A stretch of 24,131 bases of DNA, taken from positions 1 to 24,131 of the IMG/VR virus record IMGVR_UViG_3300047669_001814. One strand, given 5' to 3'. Below the pieces are notes generated by a model. It made no database searches. It saw only the letters and a program-made list of their open reading frames with translations, and was not told the DNA's origin. Below are positions 24,021-24,131 of the stretch, one piece after another (within the stretch, counting starts at the first letter, position 1; every line of letters begins with the position of its first letter). Source of the DNA: a virus (lineage: Duplodnaviria > Caudoviricetes). The position numbers were made by a program, and so were the translations under genes.

Positions 24021-24131
24021 TTAAAAATCAGTTGGCGCTAACTGCTGTTTTTCATAATCTTGAACTTGCGTCTGTACCATATTCTTAATTATGACCTCTA
24101 ATTCGTCAGCCGTTATGGTTGATGTGCCCTC
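24021..24131 (-). CDS. C-terminal end of a gene entering from the window edge
   Basis: Open frame EGTSTITADELEVIIKNMVQTQVQDYEKQQLAPTDF* from 24131 to the stop at 24021. Confidence 0.45.
   Translation of the reverse strand, partial: EGTSTITADELEVIIKNMVQTQVQDYEKQQLAPTDF

Noticed and set aside
1-24131. Alternative genetic code (stop-codon recoding)
   Set aside because: Genes are full length under code 11, and TAA, TAG and TGA all end genes at sensible positions.
1-24131. tRNA, rRNA, integrase or transposase
   Set aside because: None recognised; intergenic gaps are short and show no cloverleaf or T-loop motifs.

Overview
A fragment of a tailed dsDNA phage genome (Caudoviricetes, AT-rich). All credible genes lie on the minus strand in tightly packed operons. 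In transcription order: HTH/Zn-ribbon protein, hypothetical, sigma-70-like factor, SNF2 helicase, hypothetical, DnaB helicase, minimal malonyl-CoA-decarboxylase-like GNAT-fold protein, primase and SSB. Next comes a 7-gene nucleotide/DNA-modification cassette: MazG-like pyrophosphohydrolase, DUF1599/Nmad1, dCMP deaminase, two Asp-type thymidylate synthase paralogues (one very T4 gp42-like), a catalytically degenerate family-4 UDG and a BGT-like GT-B glycosyltransferase. Then follow family A DNA polymerase, a recombination block (RecA, Vsr/DUF559, Cas4-like, UvsY-like, RuvC), terminase small and large subunits, and class Ia RNR nrdA plus the start of nrdB. The best candidate for an undescribed system is the cytosine hypermodification cassette (11764-16487). 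All family calls rest on motifs recognised by eye; no database searches were run.
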